This document shows positions 8,854 to 18,285 of a DNA stretch of 64,000 bases, one piece after another. Every line of letters starts with the position of its first letter. Position 1 is the stretch's first letter. Source of the DNA: a bacterium (lineage in GTDB: Bacteria > Oederibacteriota > PGYV01); the NCBI GenBank assembly GCA_029565735.1, contig JAKQNO010000123.1:2474-66473 (forward strand), in the 5' to 3' direction. Position numbers and translations under genes: made by a program. A model generated the notes under the pieces. It saw nothing but the letters and a program-made list of their open reading frames with translations, did no database searches and had not been told where the DNA came from.

Positions 8854-9857
8854 TTCTTCCCCTCCTGTTTTGTCTTCACCCATTCAAACTTAACATCCTC
8901 ATTTACCTTAATATCACTCATTACAATATTGGTCTTTGCCTTTCCCTGCGGGGATGACATTTCCACTTCTGACTCTGCCGGCATTTCTATTTCCCTTTCC
9001 TTTACCTCTACTGCACCTGCGCCCTTGTGGCGCGGTACGGCTTTTATCTTATGCCTGCGTTTTACCGTTACATGTCCAAGTTTTTCCCCTGCTTCGTTAT
9101 AAAATTCCTGCTCTTCTGTTATGCCCGAATCAAGGTTAATTTTTTCCACCCTTTTGGCTATCATATGCCTTTTAATATTCTCTTTTTCATCTCTTAATTT
9201 TTGTAAATACTTCTTCTTTATCTTCTTGTCCTTCCCGTTCTTCGCCGGGGTTTCTTCCGCTATCATAATATTCCTGTCAAATCCCTCTTTCATCAGCGCC
9301 ATCTTCTTATTTTCATATTCCACAACCGCTTTATTCCCAAAAAATTCTTTTTTTACCCTTACCTTATAATCCGCGGTTTCAGCTTCTTTTACCCTTAAAT
9401 CTTTAAAATGTTTGGCGTCAGATGATTTGTTCCCGTCTTTATCGGCAAACATTGTGTTAATTGAAGACCCGCCAAAACTTCCCAATCCGGCGTACTGTGA
9501 CATAATAGCGTCTTTTTCTTCCGGGGTTAGCGTGAATGTTTTTGTTGTGCCGTTGGCCATTAAATAAGTAACCGAACCCGCCGCAGTATCCACCAAAAAC
9601 TGCATCTGCAAAGCGCCTGTGCCGGTTATCATAACTTTACTATCGCCGTTTTCATTGGTCTGCATAACATAATCATAATCAAGCGTTTTCTTTATCCCGC
9701 CAAATTCAGTTTCAGAAGACACAGACGCGGCAAATGTCTGCACGCTGTCCTGATACCCCTGCTGTGCCGCCGCCACATCCGCAATAGTCAAATCTTCCGC
9801 GTATAAAAAAACAGAAAATATAAAAAAAGACATGAATAGTACCAAAAGTTTTTTCAT
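8850..9857 (-). CDS. Exported hypothetical protein, possibly LolA-like (lipoprotein-sorting fold)
   Basis: Signal peptide ending LYA; C-terminal pattern EFYNEAGEKLG...MPAESEVEM...DIKVNEDVKF. Confidence 0.6.
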   Translation of the reverse strand: MKKLLVLFMSFFIFSVFLYAEDLTIADVAAAQQGYQDSVQTFAASVSSETEFGGIKKTLDYDYVMQTNENGDSKVMITGTGALQMQFLVDTAAGSVTYLMANGTTKTFTLTPEEKDAIMSQYAGLGSFGGSSINTMFADKDGNKSSDAKHFKDLRVKEAETADYKVRVKKEFFGNKAVVEYENKKMALMKEGFDRNIMIAEETPAKNGKDKKIKKKYLQKLRDEKENIKRHMIAKRVEKINLDSGITEEQEFYNEAGEKLGHVTVKRRHKIKAVPRHKGAGAVEVKEREIEMPAESEVEMSSPQGKAKTNIVMSDIKVNEDVKFEWVKTKQEGKK

Positions 9858-9941
9858 ATTTTTTACTCCCAAATTATTTTGTGCGAAAAACGGTTAACAG
9901 ACAGCGCCCTCCCGCCGTGTACCCTCCGCATAATTTCAATT

Positions 9942-9969
9942 ATTCTAAACCATTATCGTATATTGTCAA
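9942..9969 (-). promoter_or_regulatory. Putative promoter of the exported-protein cassette
   Basis: TTGACA-16 nt-TAGAAT. Confidence 0.55.
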
Positions 9970-10057
9970 CGGTAAAAAATATTGAACCCATAAACTTTTA
10001 TCCCATATCCCATAGATAAAAATCGAGGGACAGATGTACAGAGGGACGGAAGGTTTG

Positions 10058-10290
10058 GTAGACGCGGGTCTTTAGCCCGCGGTTGAAGCGAGCGTACGAG
10101 CGGAAATCCCTGCAATGAAGCGAATTTATGAGCGAAAGAAGCAGGGACAGTTAAAAACAAAACACGCGACCTAAAAGGACGCGGCTACCAGAACAAAACA
10201 TAAAGGCCGGACAGCGCGGGAGCGCTGTCCCTACAAATTCAAATACGTAAATTCAAAACAAAAACAAGACGCAACATGTTGCGTCTCTAC
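10058..10290. repeat. Cluster of four GTAG-footed REP-like palindromes (A+, A-, C-, B-)
   Basis: Copies at 10058-10082 (+), 10164-10188 (-), 10209-10234 (-) and 10267-10290 (-), each GTAG plus a hairpin. Confidence 0.82.
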
Positions 10291-10312
10291 ATCAGAGAAT
10301 AAAACAAACCCC

Positions 10313-11482
10313 TTAAACCTCTTTTATTACCACCAGCTTTCCCATCTTCCTTAATTTCTCCGCAAGCATGTTTATTATCACCGCTCTTGGCAGTATTCCA
10401 AGCTGTGTAAACGCAATATCATCATGCCCGGGGTTTTCAGCTTTTCCCAGATAAATATTAATGACATCGCAGACCCTTGCAAGCACGGCAATTTCCGTCA
10501 CGCACGATTCTTTATCCAGCTTTATCCCTTCCAGGTCTATTATGTTATACAGCTGGTTCAATACAACCGCCCCTTCAGTTACCACCTCAATGCCTTTCAT
10601 GATGTATTTGGGAGGCCTGAAAAATCCGGAATACGTTTTGGTAAAGCCGACATTAATCCCGGTTTCCCTGGAAATAATATCCGCGGTTGTGGAACCGCAT
10701 ATAATCTTTATGCCGTCGGCGCGCATAAATTCACGCGCTGCCGCCGCGTCATTTTCACGGGCAGACGGCGGCCCTGTTATTATGTTCATGACCCTGCCTT
10801 TTCTGCAGGAAAAATACGCAGCGCTTGCGTCATCGTGAAGATAACCGCCGGAAAGCGCGGAAGCCCTGTTTATCAGCAGCTGCGGAATATCTTTTTCAGT
10901 GAATCCCAAAGCGTGGTTCGCGTTTACAAATTCCCTTACCCCTTCTTCTGTCCAGCCAAAAGGCAGCTCCCTTCCCATTCCCGCCTGCGTAATCCCGTCA
11001 GTCATCACAAGCAGCCCGTCACCCTCTTTTAAACGTATATTAAGTTCTCCTGTGACCTGTCCCTGCGTAAGGGTAAATTTCATCTTGGGCACATACGCCT
11101 GTTTATTGGTTATTAAAACAGGTCCGGGCGCGTCATAAGTAAGCACAGACGCGGTGCCGTCATTAAGTATCCTGACAACCGTAAACGCGGCATACACGGC
11201 ATTTTGTGTTTCTTTTGCCCTGCGCGCTGTTTTAATTACTGTCCCTGCAGCTTCCTTCACGCTGAAACCCGCTTTTATCATGCGCATCACCGAAGCGCAC
11301 GACATTGCCGAAGCAACAGAAGCTTTTATTCCGGAACCAAGTCCGTCGGCCAGCACGGCAGTTACAGCCTGCGCGTCCCTGAAAATTTCAAAATAATCCC
11401 CGCACGCGGAATAACCTGTTTTAACCGCGCATAAATTATGGCATTCTGTGTAAAGCACGCCTGTTTTATCTTCTGTTTTCAT
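10313..11482 (-). CDS. SpoIIE/PP2C-type Ser/Thr phosphatase (HfsC-like)
   Basis: CGD, VLADGLGSGIKA, MTDGITQAG, HDD, IICGSTTA, VTEGAVVL; ATG start overlaps the end of hydS. Confidence 0.88.
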   Translation of the reverse strand: MKTEDKTGVLYTECHNLCAVKTGYSACGDYFEIFRDAQAVTAVLADGLGSGIKASVASAMSCASVMRMIKAGFSVKEAAGTVIKTARRAKETQNAVYAAFTVVRILNDGTASVLTYDAPGPVLITNKQAYVPKMKFTLTQGQVTGELNIRLKEGDGLLVMTDGITQAGMGRELPFGWTEEGVREFVNANHALGFTEKDIPQLLINRASALSGGYLHDDASAAYFSCRKGRVMNIITGPPSARENDAAAAREFMRADGIKIICGSTTADIISRETGINVGFTKTYSGFFRPPKYIMKGIEVVTEGAVVLNQLYNIIDLEGIKLDKESCVTEIAVLARVCDVINIYLGKAENPGHDDIAFTQLGILPRAVIINMLAEKLRKMGKLVVIKEV

Positions 11483-13160
11483 CTTTACCGCCCGCGGCAA
11501 TTACAAGCCTGTGCAGAAGTTCCTCGCTTTTCGCGGTGTTCTCGCCAAGATAAAGCGCCATATCCTGCGCCATCTTAAGCTGATGGTCAAGCAGCTGTTT
11601 TGCCTGATTAATTGTCTTTTCCTTAAGTTCAGCCAGCCTTTTATCCGTATTTGTAAGCCTTGTAAGGTCAACAAAAATGCCCACGTAATAATTCTCTTCC
11701 TTCATCCTGTAAAAAATCTGGTGGCACGTAATTCCGGCTTTGGGATGCGCGGCTGTTTCCTGTATCATTTCTTCTGTTTCAGACGCAAGCTTTTCAAAAG
11801 GAAGCGGGTCAATTACTTCAGAAATTTGCGCGCCCTGCCTGCCCGCGCACCGAAACATTGCCACAAACGCCGCGTTCATTTTAATTATGTTCATTTCCCT
11901 GTCAACTATCACTATGCCGTTGGGGCTTGTTTCAATAATCCTGTCCGTTCTCTGTTCCGCAAGCCTGCGCATGACAGGAATACACATTTCCGGTTCCGCC
12001 ATCCCTTTTATGACAGCCGCGGCTTTTTCCCTGCAGCTGTTATATCCGCATGCGCCGCAGTTAAGCCTTAAAGCAGGATTGCCTTTTCCGGTTTTTTCAA
12101 GCATCTGTTCAATTTCCGCGTCTGTAATGTCCGCGCCGGATGCGCCTTTAAAAGAGAATTCAGCCCTCATCACGGGTTTAAAATCAGCTTTTGTATTTAC
12201 AGGGGCGGATTCAATGTATTCAGCAAGCCGTTTTTTCGCGGTATAAAAATTAATTTCTTTTCTTCCGCCCGGCCCTTTTACACATCCGCCTTTACAGAAT
12301 AAAGGCTCCATAATAATACCTTCATTGCTTTCAGCAACATTTTCCATGGCCTCTTTAATTTCCGCGTAACCTTCAGGAACGCAGTAATTAACAGACGGCA
12401 GCGCTTCGCCATAAGCTGTTTTTAAAAGCCCTCCGCCAAGCGGATACCATCTTGCGCTTCCCTTTACCGCGCCGTCAAAAAAACTTTCTTCGCAGTTTTC
12501 AAGTTTAATATCCTTTTCTTCAAACATCTTTTCAATCTCTTCAAAAGTAAGCACCGCGTCCAGAAGGCCCGGATATTTTAAAGCTTCTTTTTTCTTTGCT
12601 ATGCACGGCCCTATAAAAACAGGCTTTATTTCACCGGAGTATTTTATAAATAACTCATTGGCGTGCTGAACCATAGGCGATACAACCGGCGTCAGCAGCT
12701 TAACCGCATGTCTGCTGTATTTTTCGGCATATTCCGTAAAAGCCGGGCAGGCGGTACAGATATGCTTTTCTTTTAAATTACCTGCCAGCCTTTTCACGTT
12801 CATGGAAACGTCATACGCGTGTTCCGCGGTTTCTTCAACAAGCTTAAAACCAAGCCTTCTTAAAGCGCCAATAAAACGCAGCCTTTCCCATTTATCATAA
12901 AACGCGGCAAAAGACGGCGCAACCAATGCAGCCGCATTGCCGCTTTCCAGCGCAAGCTTTGCCGCTTCTATCCCGCTTAAATACGCTTTTGCCTTCTGCG
13001 GGCATTCCCTAATGCACGTACCGCAGGCAATACACAGGCTTGCATCCACCTGCGCCTGCCCGTCTTTCATCTTAATGGCTTTTACGGGGCATACTTTAAG
13101 GCACCTGTAACAGTCCATGCACTTTGCAGTAAGCGTGAAAACAACCTGTGTATCGTTCAT
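11466..13160 (-). CDS. hydS: Putative sensory (group C) [FeFe]-hydrogenase with PAS domain
   Basis: N-terminal 2x[4Fe-4S]; divergent H-cluster motifs ICTACP, GPCIAKK, EPLFCKGGC; NCGACGYNSC FeS domain; PAS (IIETSPNGIVIVD); C-terminal coiled coil. Confidence 0.85.
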   Translation of the reverse strand: MNDTQVVFTLTAKCMDCYRCLKVCPVKAIKMKDGQAQVDASLCIACGTCIRECPQKAKAYLSGIEAAKLALESGNAAALVAPSFAAFYDKWERLRFIGALRRLGFKLVEETAEHAYDVSMNVKRLAGNLKEKHICTACPAFTEYAEKYSRHAVKLLTPVVSPMVQHANELFIKYSGEIKPVFIGPCIAKKKEALKYPGLLDAVLTFEEIEKMFEEKDIKLENCEESFFDGAVKGSARWYPLGGGLLKTAYGEALPSVNYCVPEGYAEIKEAMENVAESNEGIIMEPLFCKGGCVKGPGGRKEINFYTAKKRLAEYIESAPVNTKADFKPVMRAEFSFKGASGADITDAEIEQMLEKTGKGNPALRLNCGACGYNSCREKAAAVIKGMAEPEMCIPVMRRLAEQRTDRIIETSPNGIVIVDREMNIIKMNAAFVAMFRCAGRQGAQISEVIDPLPFEKLASETEEMIQETAAHPKAGITCHQIFYRMKEENYYVGIFVDLTRLTNTDKRLAELKEKTINQAKQLLDHQLKMAQDMALYLGENTAKSEELLHRLVIAAGGKDENRR

Positions 13161-13182
13161 ATAACACTTCCTCTTTGCGTTA

Positions 13183-15186
13183 TCAGACCGCAGCTTTTAA
13201 CTTACTTTCAATTTCTTTTATCACTGCTTCCAGATCGCCTTTTTCAATAACTTTTTTTCCCACCCTTACAACAGGGCCCCTGTCGCACCTTTCAAAACAG
13301 AATGTAGCCCTTACCTCTGTTTTGTCTTTAAGCCCGTTTGCTTCAAGATGCGCCACAATTTTTTTCATCATGTCCTGCGAACCCCTTATAAAACACCCGG
13401 TACCAAAACACACTTCAATTTTTAAAGCATCCGGAGTCTTGCCGCCGCATACTAAAATACCCTCAGAATCAGTCCTTTTTCTGTTTTTATATGCCGTGTG
13501 CAGAAGTTCGTGCGCCTTTTTATGGTCATTGAAACCGTGATTCTCATATAGTTCTTTTATATAAGGATTTTCCTGAGATTTGTGAAGCTGCTGCATTTTA
13601 TCGTTTTCATAGATACCTTTTGTTCTGTCTTTTCTTATGTCACTTTCTTTATAACATGGCTGGCCGGCGCCGCCTATGCATCCGCCCGGACACGCCATTA
13701 CTTCCACCAGGTCGTACTTTTTTCCGCCCTTTTTAACGTTTTCCAGCATCTTTCTGGCGTTCATAAGCCCGTGAACAATAGCCAGATTATACGTCCTGCC
13801 GTTAAGTTCCACGGACAACTCCCTTATCCCGTCTTCGCCCCTTGCAGTTTTAAACTCGTAACCTTCAAGGGCTGTGCCTGTCGCCTTTTCAGCCACATAA
13901 CGCAGAACCGCTTCTGTTACGCCTCCGCTATTTCCAAAAATAACGCCCGCGCCTGTCTTATAACCCAAAGGCATATCAAAAGATTCCGGCGTAAGGTTCT
14001 TAAAATCAATTCCGCATTCGCCTATCATACGCGCAAGCTCCCTTGTGGTAAGCACATGGTCCACATCCGGAATATTGCCTTTTATAAATTCCGGCCTTTT
14101 GGCTTCAAATTTTTTCGCGGTGCACGGCATTATGGATACAACGCTTAAATCCTGCTGCCTGATATTCAGCATTTTGGGAAGCGTGTCCCTTGCCACGCTG
14201 CCGAACATCTGCTGGGGCGACTTGCAGCTGGAAAGGTTGGGCAAATATTCCGGATAATACTGTTCCGCGAACTTCACCCAGCCGGGGCAGCAGCTTGTAA
14301 ACTGAGGAAGTTTTTCTCCTTTTCCCGCCCTTTCAATAAATTCATTTCCCTCTTCAATAACAGTCAAATCAGCGGTAAAAGAAGTGTCGTACACTTTATC
14401 AAAACCCATCATCTTAAGCGCCGCCACAATGCGCCCTGTGACCGCTTCGCCGGATTTTAATCCGAACTCTTCGCCAAGCGCAACCCTGACAGCCGGCGCA
14501 ATCTGCGCTATAACCGTCTTTTCCGGATTATGTATGTCTTTCCACACGCTTTCAACTTCGCTTTTTATTACAAGCGCGCCGGTCGGGCATACCCTTGCGC
14601 ACTGGCCGCAGTTTACGCATTCAACCTTATTCAGATCTTTGCCAAAGCTTGGCACAACTTCGCACTTACTGCCGCGGAAAGCAAAATCAATGGCGCCTAT
14701 CCCCTGGACTTCGGCGCACATCCTGACGCAGTCGCCGCAAAGCACGCACTTGGAAGGGTCCCTTACTATGCTGTACGCGGAATCATCAACGGGTTTTTCC
14801 GCCGCTTTCTTTTTAAACCGCACCTCTTTTATTCCAAGCCGCCTGGACAAAGTCTGAAGCTGGCAGTGCTCGCTTTTCCTGCAGGTCACGCAGTCGTGGT
14901 TGCCGTTGGCAAGCAGAAGTTCAACAATAATTTTTCTCATATTCCTTATCTCTTCTGTATTAGTCTTAATCTTCATGCCCGGTTCCGGTATGGTGGAACA
15001 TGCCGGCTGAAGCCCCCTGCCTTCCACTTCCACCATGCACAGCCTGCACGCGCCGTATACGGAAAGCTCCGAATGGTAGCAGAAAGTGGGCAGTTCTATG
15101 CCCGATTTTCTTATTATTTCAAGAAGGTTCTTTTCTCCTTCGCACCTGACATCCCTGCCGTCAATTAAAACATTTGTGTTGTCCAT
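13183..15186 (-). CDS. hydA: [FeFe]-hydrogenase catalytic subunit, group A3, with C-terminal thioredoxin-like [2Fe-2S] domain
   Basis: FTSCCPGW, MPCTAKKFE, EVMACPGGCIGGAGQP; N-terminal 2Fe-2S, His-ligated and 2x4Fe-4S motifs; C-terminal VCFGTGC...FCFERC. Confidence 0.95.
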   Translation of the reverse strand: MDNTNVLIDGRDVRCEGEKNLLEIIRKSGIELPTFCYHSELSVYGACRLCMVEVEGRGLQPACSTIPEPGMKIKTNTEEIRNMRKIIVELLLANGNHDCVTCRKSEHCQLQTLSRRLGIKEVRFKKKAAEKPVDDSAYSIVRDPSKCVLCGDCVRMCAEVQGIGAIDFAFRGSKCEVVPSFGKDLNKVECVNCGQCARVCPTGALVIKSEVESVWKDIHNPEKTVIAQIAPAVRVALGEEFGLKSGEAVTGRIVAALKMMGFDKVYDTSFTADLTVIEEGNEFIERAGKGEKLPQFTSCCPGWVKFAEQYYPEYLPNLSSCKSPQQMFGSVARDTLPKMLNIRQQDLSVVSIMPCTAKKFEAKRPEFIKGNIPDVDHVLTTRELARMIGECGIDFKNLTPESFDMPLGYKTGAGVIFGNSGGVTEAVLRYVAEKATGTALEGYEFKTARGEDGIRELSVELNGRTYNLAIVHGLMNARKMLENVKKGGKKYDLVEVMACPGGCIGGAGQPCYKESDIRKDRTKGIYENDKMQQLHKSQENPYIKELYENHGFNDHKKAHELLHTAYKNRKRTDSEGILVCGGKTPDALKIEVCFGTGCFIRGSQDMMKKIVAHLEANGLKDKTEVRATFCFERCDRGPVVRVGKKVIEKGDLEAVIKEIESKLKAAV

Positions 15187-15187
15187 A

Positions 15188-17092
15188 TTAATTGCCTCCT
15201 TTAAAATTAATCGCTTTAAACCTGCAGGTATCTATACATACCCCGCATTTAACGCACTTGCTTTTATTTATTACATACGGCTCTTTAACTTTTCCTGTTA
15301 TAGCTCCTGCCGGGCACACTTTGGCGCACAGCCCGCAGCCCTTGCATAATGCCGGCGTTATAACAACATCCATCAGCCCTTTGCATTCGCCTGCCGGGCA
15401 TTTTTTGTCCTTAACGTGGGCCTCATATTCTTCGGGAAAAAAGCGCATTGTGGATAAGACAGGATTGGGCGCCGTCTTTCCAAGCATGCACAGCGAGCCT
15501 TTATTAATGGCTGCCGCAAGTTCCTTTAAGACAGGTATTGCATTTTCCTGCGCTTTGCCTTCGCATATATCATTCATAATCCACAGCATCTGCTTTGTGC
15601 CTTCCCTGCACAAAACGCATTTGCCGCAGCTTTCGTTTTGTGTGAACTGCATAAAATATCCCGCAATTTTAACCATACACGTGCTTTGATTCATAACAAC
15701 AAGCCCGCCCGAACCCACCATTGCGCCTGCATTTTTCAGATTTTCAAAGTCCAGCTGCAAATCAAGGTGTTTGGCGGTAAGGCAGGCGCCCGAAGGCCCG
15801 CCAATCTGCACGGCTTTAAAATTTGCCTCATCCACTTTCCCGCCTTCGCCTGTCACGCCTCCGGCTATTCCAAATATAATCTCCCTTAAAGTGGTGCCGA
15901 ACGGCACCTCTATAAGCCCTGTATTTGCCACCTGGCCTGTAACAGCAAATGTTTTTGTCCCCGGGGAAGTTTTTGTCCCCATCTTTTTATATTCCTGCGG
16001 GCCGTCGCGCAATATAAGCGGAACGGTTGCCAGAGTTTCCACATTATTAATTACCGTAGGTTTATCCCAAAGGCCTTTCTGCGCCGGAAACGGGGGTTTG
16101 GGTTTTGGCATCCCGCGCTTTCCTTCTACGGACGCCATAAGCGCGGTTTCTTCCCCGCATACAAAAGCGCCCGCGCCTTCCATTACGCTTAAATTAAATT
16201 TTCCGCCTATGCCAAGCATTCGTTCCCCTATAATTCCGGCTTTTACCGCGTCAGCCACGGCTTTTTTCATCCTTCTTACCGCAAGCGGATATTCAGCCCT
16301 TACATAGACAAAACCTTCATCCGCGCCTATCGCGTGCGCTGCAATAGCCATACCCTCTATTACGCTGTGCGGATTGCCTTCCATGACGCTTCTGTCCATA
16401 AACGCGCCCGGGTCGCCTTCATCCCCGTTGCATATAATGTACTTTTTTTCATTTTTCTGAATTCTTGTAAGGTCCCACTTTTTTCCCGTGGGAAAGCCGG
16501 CGCCGCCCCTTCCGCGAAGCCCGCTTTCAAGTACATCGGCGCAGACTTTGGCGGGATCATCCTTAAGCGCTTTTTCAAGGGAAGCGTAACCGCCGGATGC
16601 TATATATTCCGTTATATCTTCAGGGTCAATAACGCCGCACTGCTTTAAGACGTATCTGTGCTGTTTTCTGTAAAAATCAATTTCCGCCTTGTTGACGCAC
16701 ACTTTGCCGTCCGCCGGATTCTTGTACAAAAGCCTTTCTATAACAATACCTTTTTCAATTGTGCTTTTAACAATTTCTTCCGCGTCTTCGGGTTTTACTT
16801 TTGTGTACAGAATATCTTCCGGCATTATGGTGACAAGCGGTCCCATCTGGCAGAAGCCCTGGCATCCGCTTTTGGTTAAATGATTTCCGCCTTTGTCATC
16901 ATGTTTAAGTTCAATTTCAATTTTAATACCTTCTTTTTCCGCAACCGCCTTAACCGCGTCAAACAGCTTAAGGGCGCCGTTGGCAACGCAAGCCGTGCCC
17001 GCGCAGATTATAATTCTGCGCTCTTTTAACTTTGCCCTCATTTCATAATCTTCCTTAACTATTTTTAAATTCACCGCCTCAATTGTCTGCAT
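15188..17092 (-). CDS. hydB: NuoF-like FMN/NAD-binding hydrogenase subunit
   Basis: GLRGRGGAGFPTG, CNGDEGDPGAFMDR, GAGAFVCGEETAL, ESCGKCVLCREG; N-terminal 2Fe-2S and C-terminal 2x4Fe-4S. Confidence 0.94.
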   Translation of the reverse strand: MQTIEAVNLKIVKEDYEMRAKLKERRIIICAGTACVANGALKLFDAVKAVAEKEGIKIEIELKHDDKGGNHLTKSGCQGFCQMGPLVTIMPEDILYTKVKPEDAEEIVKSTIEKGIVIERLLYKNPADGKVCVNKAEIDFYRKQHRYVLKQCGVIDPEDITEYIASGGYASLEKALKDDPAKVCADVLESGLRGRGGAGFPTGKKWDLTRIQKNEKKYIICNGDEGDPGAFMDRSVMEGNPHSVIEGMAIAAHAIGADEGFVYVRAEYPLAVRRMKKAVADAVKAGIIGERMLGIGGKFNLSVMEGAGAFVCGEETALMASVEGKRGMPKPKPPFPAQKGLWDKPTVINNVETLATVPLILRDGPQEYKKMGTKTSPGTKTFAVTGQVANTGLIEVPFGTTLREIIFGIAGGVTGEGGKVDEANFKAVQIGGPSGACLTAKHLDLQLDFENLKNAGAMVGSGGLVVMNQSTCMVKIAGYFMQFTQNESCGKCVLCREGTKQMLWIMNDICEGKAQENAIPVLKELAAAINKGSLCMLGKTAPNPVLSTMRFFPEEYEAHVKDKKCPAGECKGLMDVVITPALCKGCGLCAKVCPAGAITGKVKEPYVINKSKCVKCGVCIDTCRFKAINFKGGN

Positions 17093-17585
17093 TGTTTTCA
17101 CCCTCTTTCTTTATGATATTGCCAAGGACTTCCGTAATTTTATCCGCGGTCATCTGGCCGTAAATGTCTTCATTTATAACAACTACTGGCGCAAGGCCGC
17201 ACGCCCCAAGGCACGACACGGTTTCCAGCGTGAAAAGCATGTCATCGGTCGTATTTTTAGCCTGTGTAAGTTTAAGTTTCTTTCTGATGGCGTCTATAAG
17301 AGCTTCGGAACGCTTAACATGGCACGCGGTCCCGTCGCAGACCTTGATGATGTATTTGCCTTTTGGCGCAAGGGCAAAATGCGAATAGAATGTGGCAACA
17401 CCGTATACCCTTGCAGGCGGAATTTTAAGGCATGTCGCCGTAAAATCCATAATCTCTTCAGGAAGATACCTGTATTCATCCTGAATTTCCTGAAGTATGG
17501 GAATTAACCTTGCCGGATTCGCCCCGTTTTTTTCTATTATTTCCATTACCTTTTCAAACTTTTTCTGCATTTCAAGTGTTTTCAT
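17079..17585 (-). CDS. hydC: NuoE-like [2Fe-2S] hydrogenase subunit
   Basis: VATFY, VCDGTACH, SCLGACGLAP. Confidence 0.94.
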   Translation of the reverse strand: MKTLEMQKKFEKVMEIIEKNGANPARLIPILQEIQDEYRYLPEEIMDFTATCLKIPPARVYGVATFYSHFALAPKGKYIIKVCDGTACHVKRSEALIDAIRKKLKLTQAKNTTDDMLFTLETVSCLGACGLAPVVVINEDIYGQMTADKITEVLGNIIKKEGENNADN

Positions 17586-17614
17586 GATGTTCTCCTTTGT
17601 CTTATAAATTCCTG

Positions 17615-18259
17615 TTATTTTTCTTTCTGCTGCTTGATTCTCTGCGATAAGACCGCAAGCGATGACGCCAGATTCTCGTTTTGCACAACCACATCCGCCG
17701 GAACGTTAAGCCTTACAGGAGCAAAATTCCACAGGGCTGTAATTCCGTTTTTAACAAACAAATCCGCCATCAGCTGCGCGCTTTCGGCGGGTACTGTAAT
17801 GATACCTATTCCTATTTTATTTTCTTTAACCAGCACGCCTATCTGTTCGGGCGGATAAACCTTCCTTCCTGCCACTTCTTTTCCATGCTTCTTTTTGTCC
17901 TGATCTATCCCGGCGATAATATCCAGCCCGTAATTTTTAAATCCCTGATAACTTAAAAGCGCTTTTCCAAGGTTTCCAACCCCCGCAATAACAGCATTGG
18001 ACATTTTGTTCCAGCCAAGTATGTATTCTATTGCTTCTATTAAAAGCTCCAGGTTATACCCTATCTTTGGCTTTCCGGAAAGGCGCGTGTATTCAAAATC
18101 CTTTCTTACCTGAATAGGTATCAGGTTTAAATCATTTGCAACCGCTGTTGTGGATACATAAACAATGCCTTTCACGGATAAAGACTTAAGGTAATTGCAG
18201 TACGCCGGCATCCTTCTAAGCGTTGGTACCGGTATTGACTGTCTGTCTATCTGCGTCAT
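17615..18259 (-). CDS. rex: Redox-sensing transcriptional repressor Rex
   Basis: TLRRMPAY, QVRKDF, GVGNLGKAL, IITVP, WNFAP. Confidence 0.94.
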   Translation of the reverse strand: MTQIDRQSIPVPTLRRMPAYCNYLKSLSVKGIVYVSTTAVANDLNLIPIQVRKDFEYTRLSGKPKIGYNLELLIEAIEYILGWNKMSNAVIAGVGNLGKALLSYQGFKNYGLDIIAGIDQDKKKHGKEVAGRKVYPPEQIGVLVKENKIGIGIITVPAESAQLMADLFVKNGITALWNFAPVRLNVPADVVVQNENLASSLAVLSQRIKQQKEK

Positions 18260-18285
18260 TTTGTTCCTCCTTTTACTAATCTTAA

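Noticed and set aside
9966..10160. 64-aa ORF (also 7213-7440, 33988 upstream extension of purE, and 34090-34515)
   Set aside because: Each lies across REP or repeat DNA with no SD or coding signature.
15188..17585. nuoEF of respiratory complex I
   Set aside because: Adjacent to an H-cluster subunit with no other nuo genes, so these are hydrogenase subunits.
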